Shown one piece after another: positions 63,518 to 64,000 of a stretch of DNA of 64,000 bases. A program made the translations under genes and the position numbers. How positions within the stretch are numbered: position 1 is the stretch's first letter; each line of letters starts with the position of its first letter. The stretch is taken from positions 3,456,001-3,520,000 of the forward strand of contig CAVWLP010000002.1 in the NCBI GenBank assembly GCA_963755915.1. The letters are read 5' to 3'. This stretch comes from an uncultured Phycisphaerales bacterium. Its GTDB lineage: Bacteria > Planctomycetota > Phycisphaerae > Tepidisphaerales > Tepidisphaeraceae. The notes under the pieces were generated by a model that saw only the letters and a program-made list of their open reading frames with translations, searched no databases and was not told the DNA's origin.

Positions 63518-64000
63518 ATGAATCACACTCAGTGGCGATATTCTGTCTGGGTTGCAGCGCTCGCACTTCTGGGTCCGGTGGCGGCATACGCGGACGGGGA
63601 TGGGACGCATATATTGCCGATGGACAGCCTGGCTCAGGAGCATTTCGGGAACGACGCGCCTTGGTATGAGCAGAACATACCCTTCTTCGATTGCTCGGAT
63701 CCCCAGATCACCCAGGTTTATTACTACCGCTGGCAGCTCTATAAATCGCACCTGCGGGATCTGGGTGACCGGGGGTATATCGTCACGGAATTTTTGGATG
63801 ATGTCGGCTGGGCCAAGCGGCCGTATCAAAGCCTCAACGATGCCACCGCGTTCCACATCTATGAAGGGAGATGGCTGAAAGACAACCGCTATGTCAAAGA
63901 GTACATCGATTACATGTACACCGGCGGGGGGAACGATCGGCATTTCAGCGAAGCCATCCCGGACGCGGTCTGGGGCTTTTACCTGGTGAATGGCGATCGG
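63518..64000 (+). CDS. Secreted MGH1/GH63-like glycoside hydrolase (partial; frameshift near the start)
   Basis: WYEQNIPFFDCSD..YYYRW..VTEFLDDVGW..HIYEGRWL. Confidence 0.75.
   Translation, partial: MNHTQWRYSVWVAALALLGPVAAYADGDGTHILPMDSLAQEHFGNDAPWYEQNIPFFDCSDPQITQVYYYRWQLYKSHLRDLGDRGYIVTEFLDDVGWAKRPYQSLNDATAFHIYEGRWLKDNRYVKEYIDYMYTGGGNDRHFSEAIPDAVWGFYLVNGDR

Overview
GC-rich bacterial chromosomal window. The likely source is Planctomycetota (Phycisphaerae/Tepidisphaerales-like), inferred from the PEP-CTERM, LEPR-XLL-type and prepilin/H-X9-DG proteins. Many genes, including smc and dapL, are broken by single-base frameshifts, which looks like long-read indel error. Contents: housekeeping genes (nrdR, smc, folK, dapL, rhaM, yhaM-like), glycoside hydrolases and TPR enzymes. 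An IS21 element with both ends and a 6-bp target duplication splits a large secreted-protein gene. A group II intron sits inside a dispersed palindromic repeat. A six-gene operon of very large pseudopilins has long leader peptides, five of them visibly built from intergenic repeat families. The most notable structure is at about 49.4-53.7 kb: a head-to-tail array of six gene cassettes. Each is built as [3' tail of an IS1-like transposase + -10 box] - [apparently leaderless membrane-protein gene] - [IS1-like terminal repeat TTTCAAACTGACCCACTACC, truncated in one cassette]. Four of the six passengers share a C-terminal CxxCGYD(L/V)RxTPxRCPECG zinc-ribbon motif and have divergent middles.
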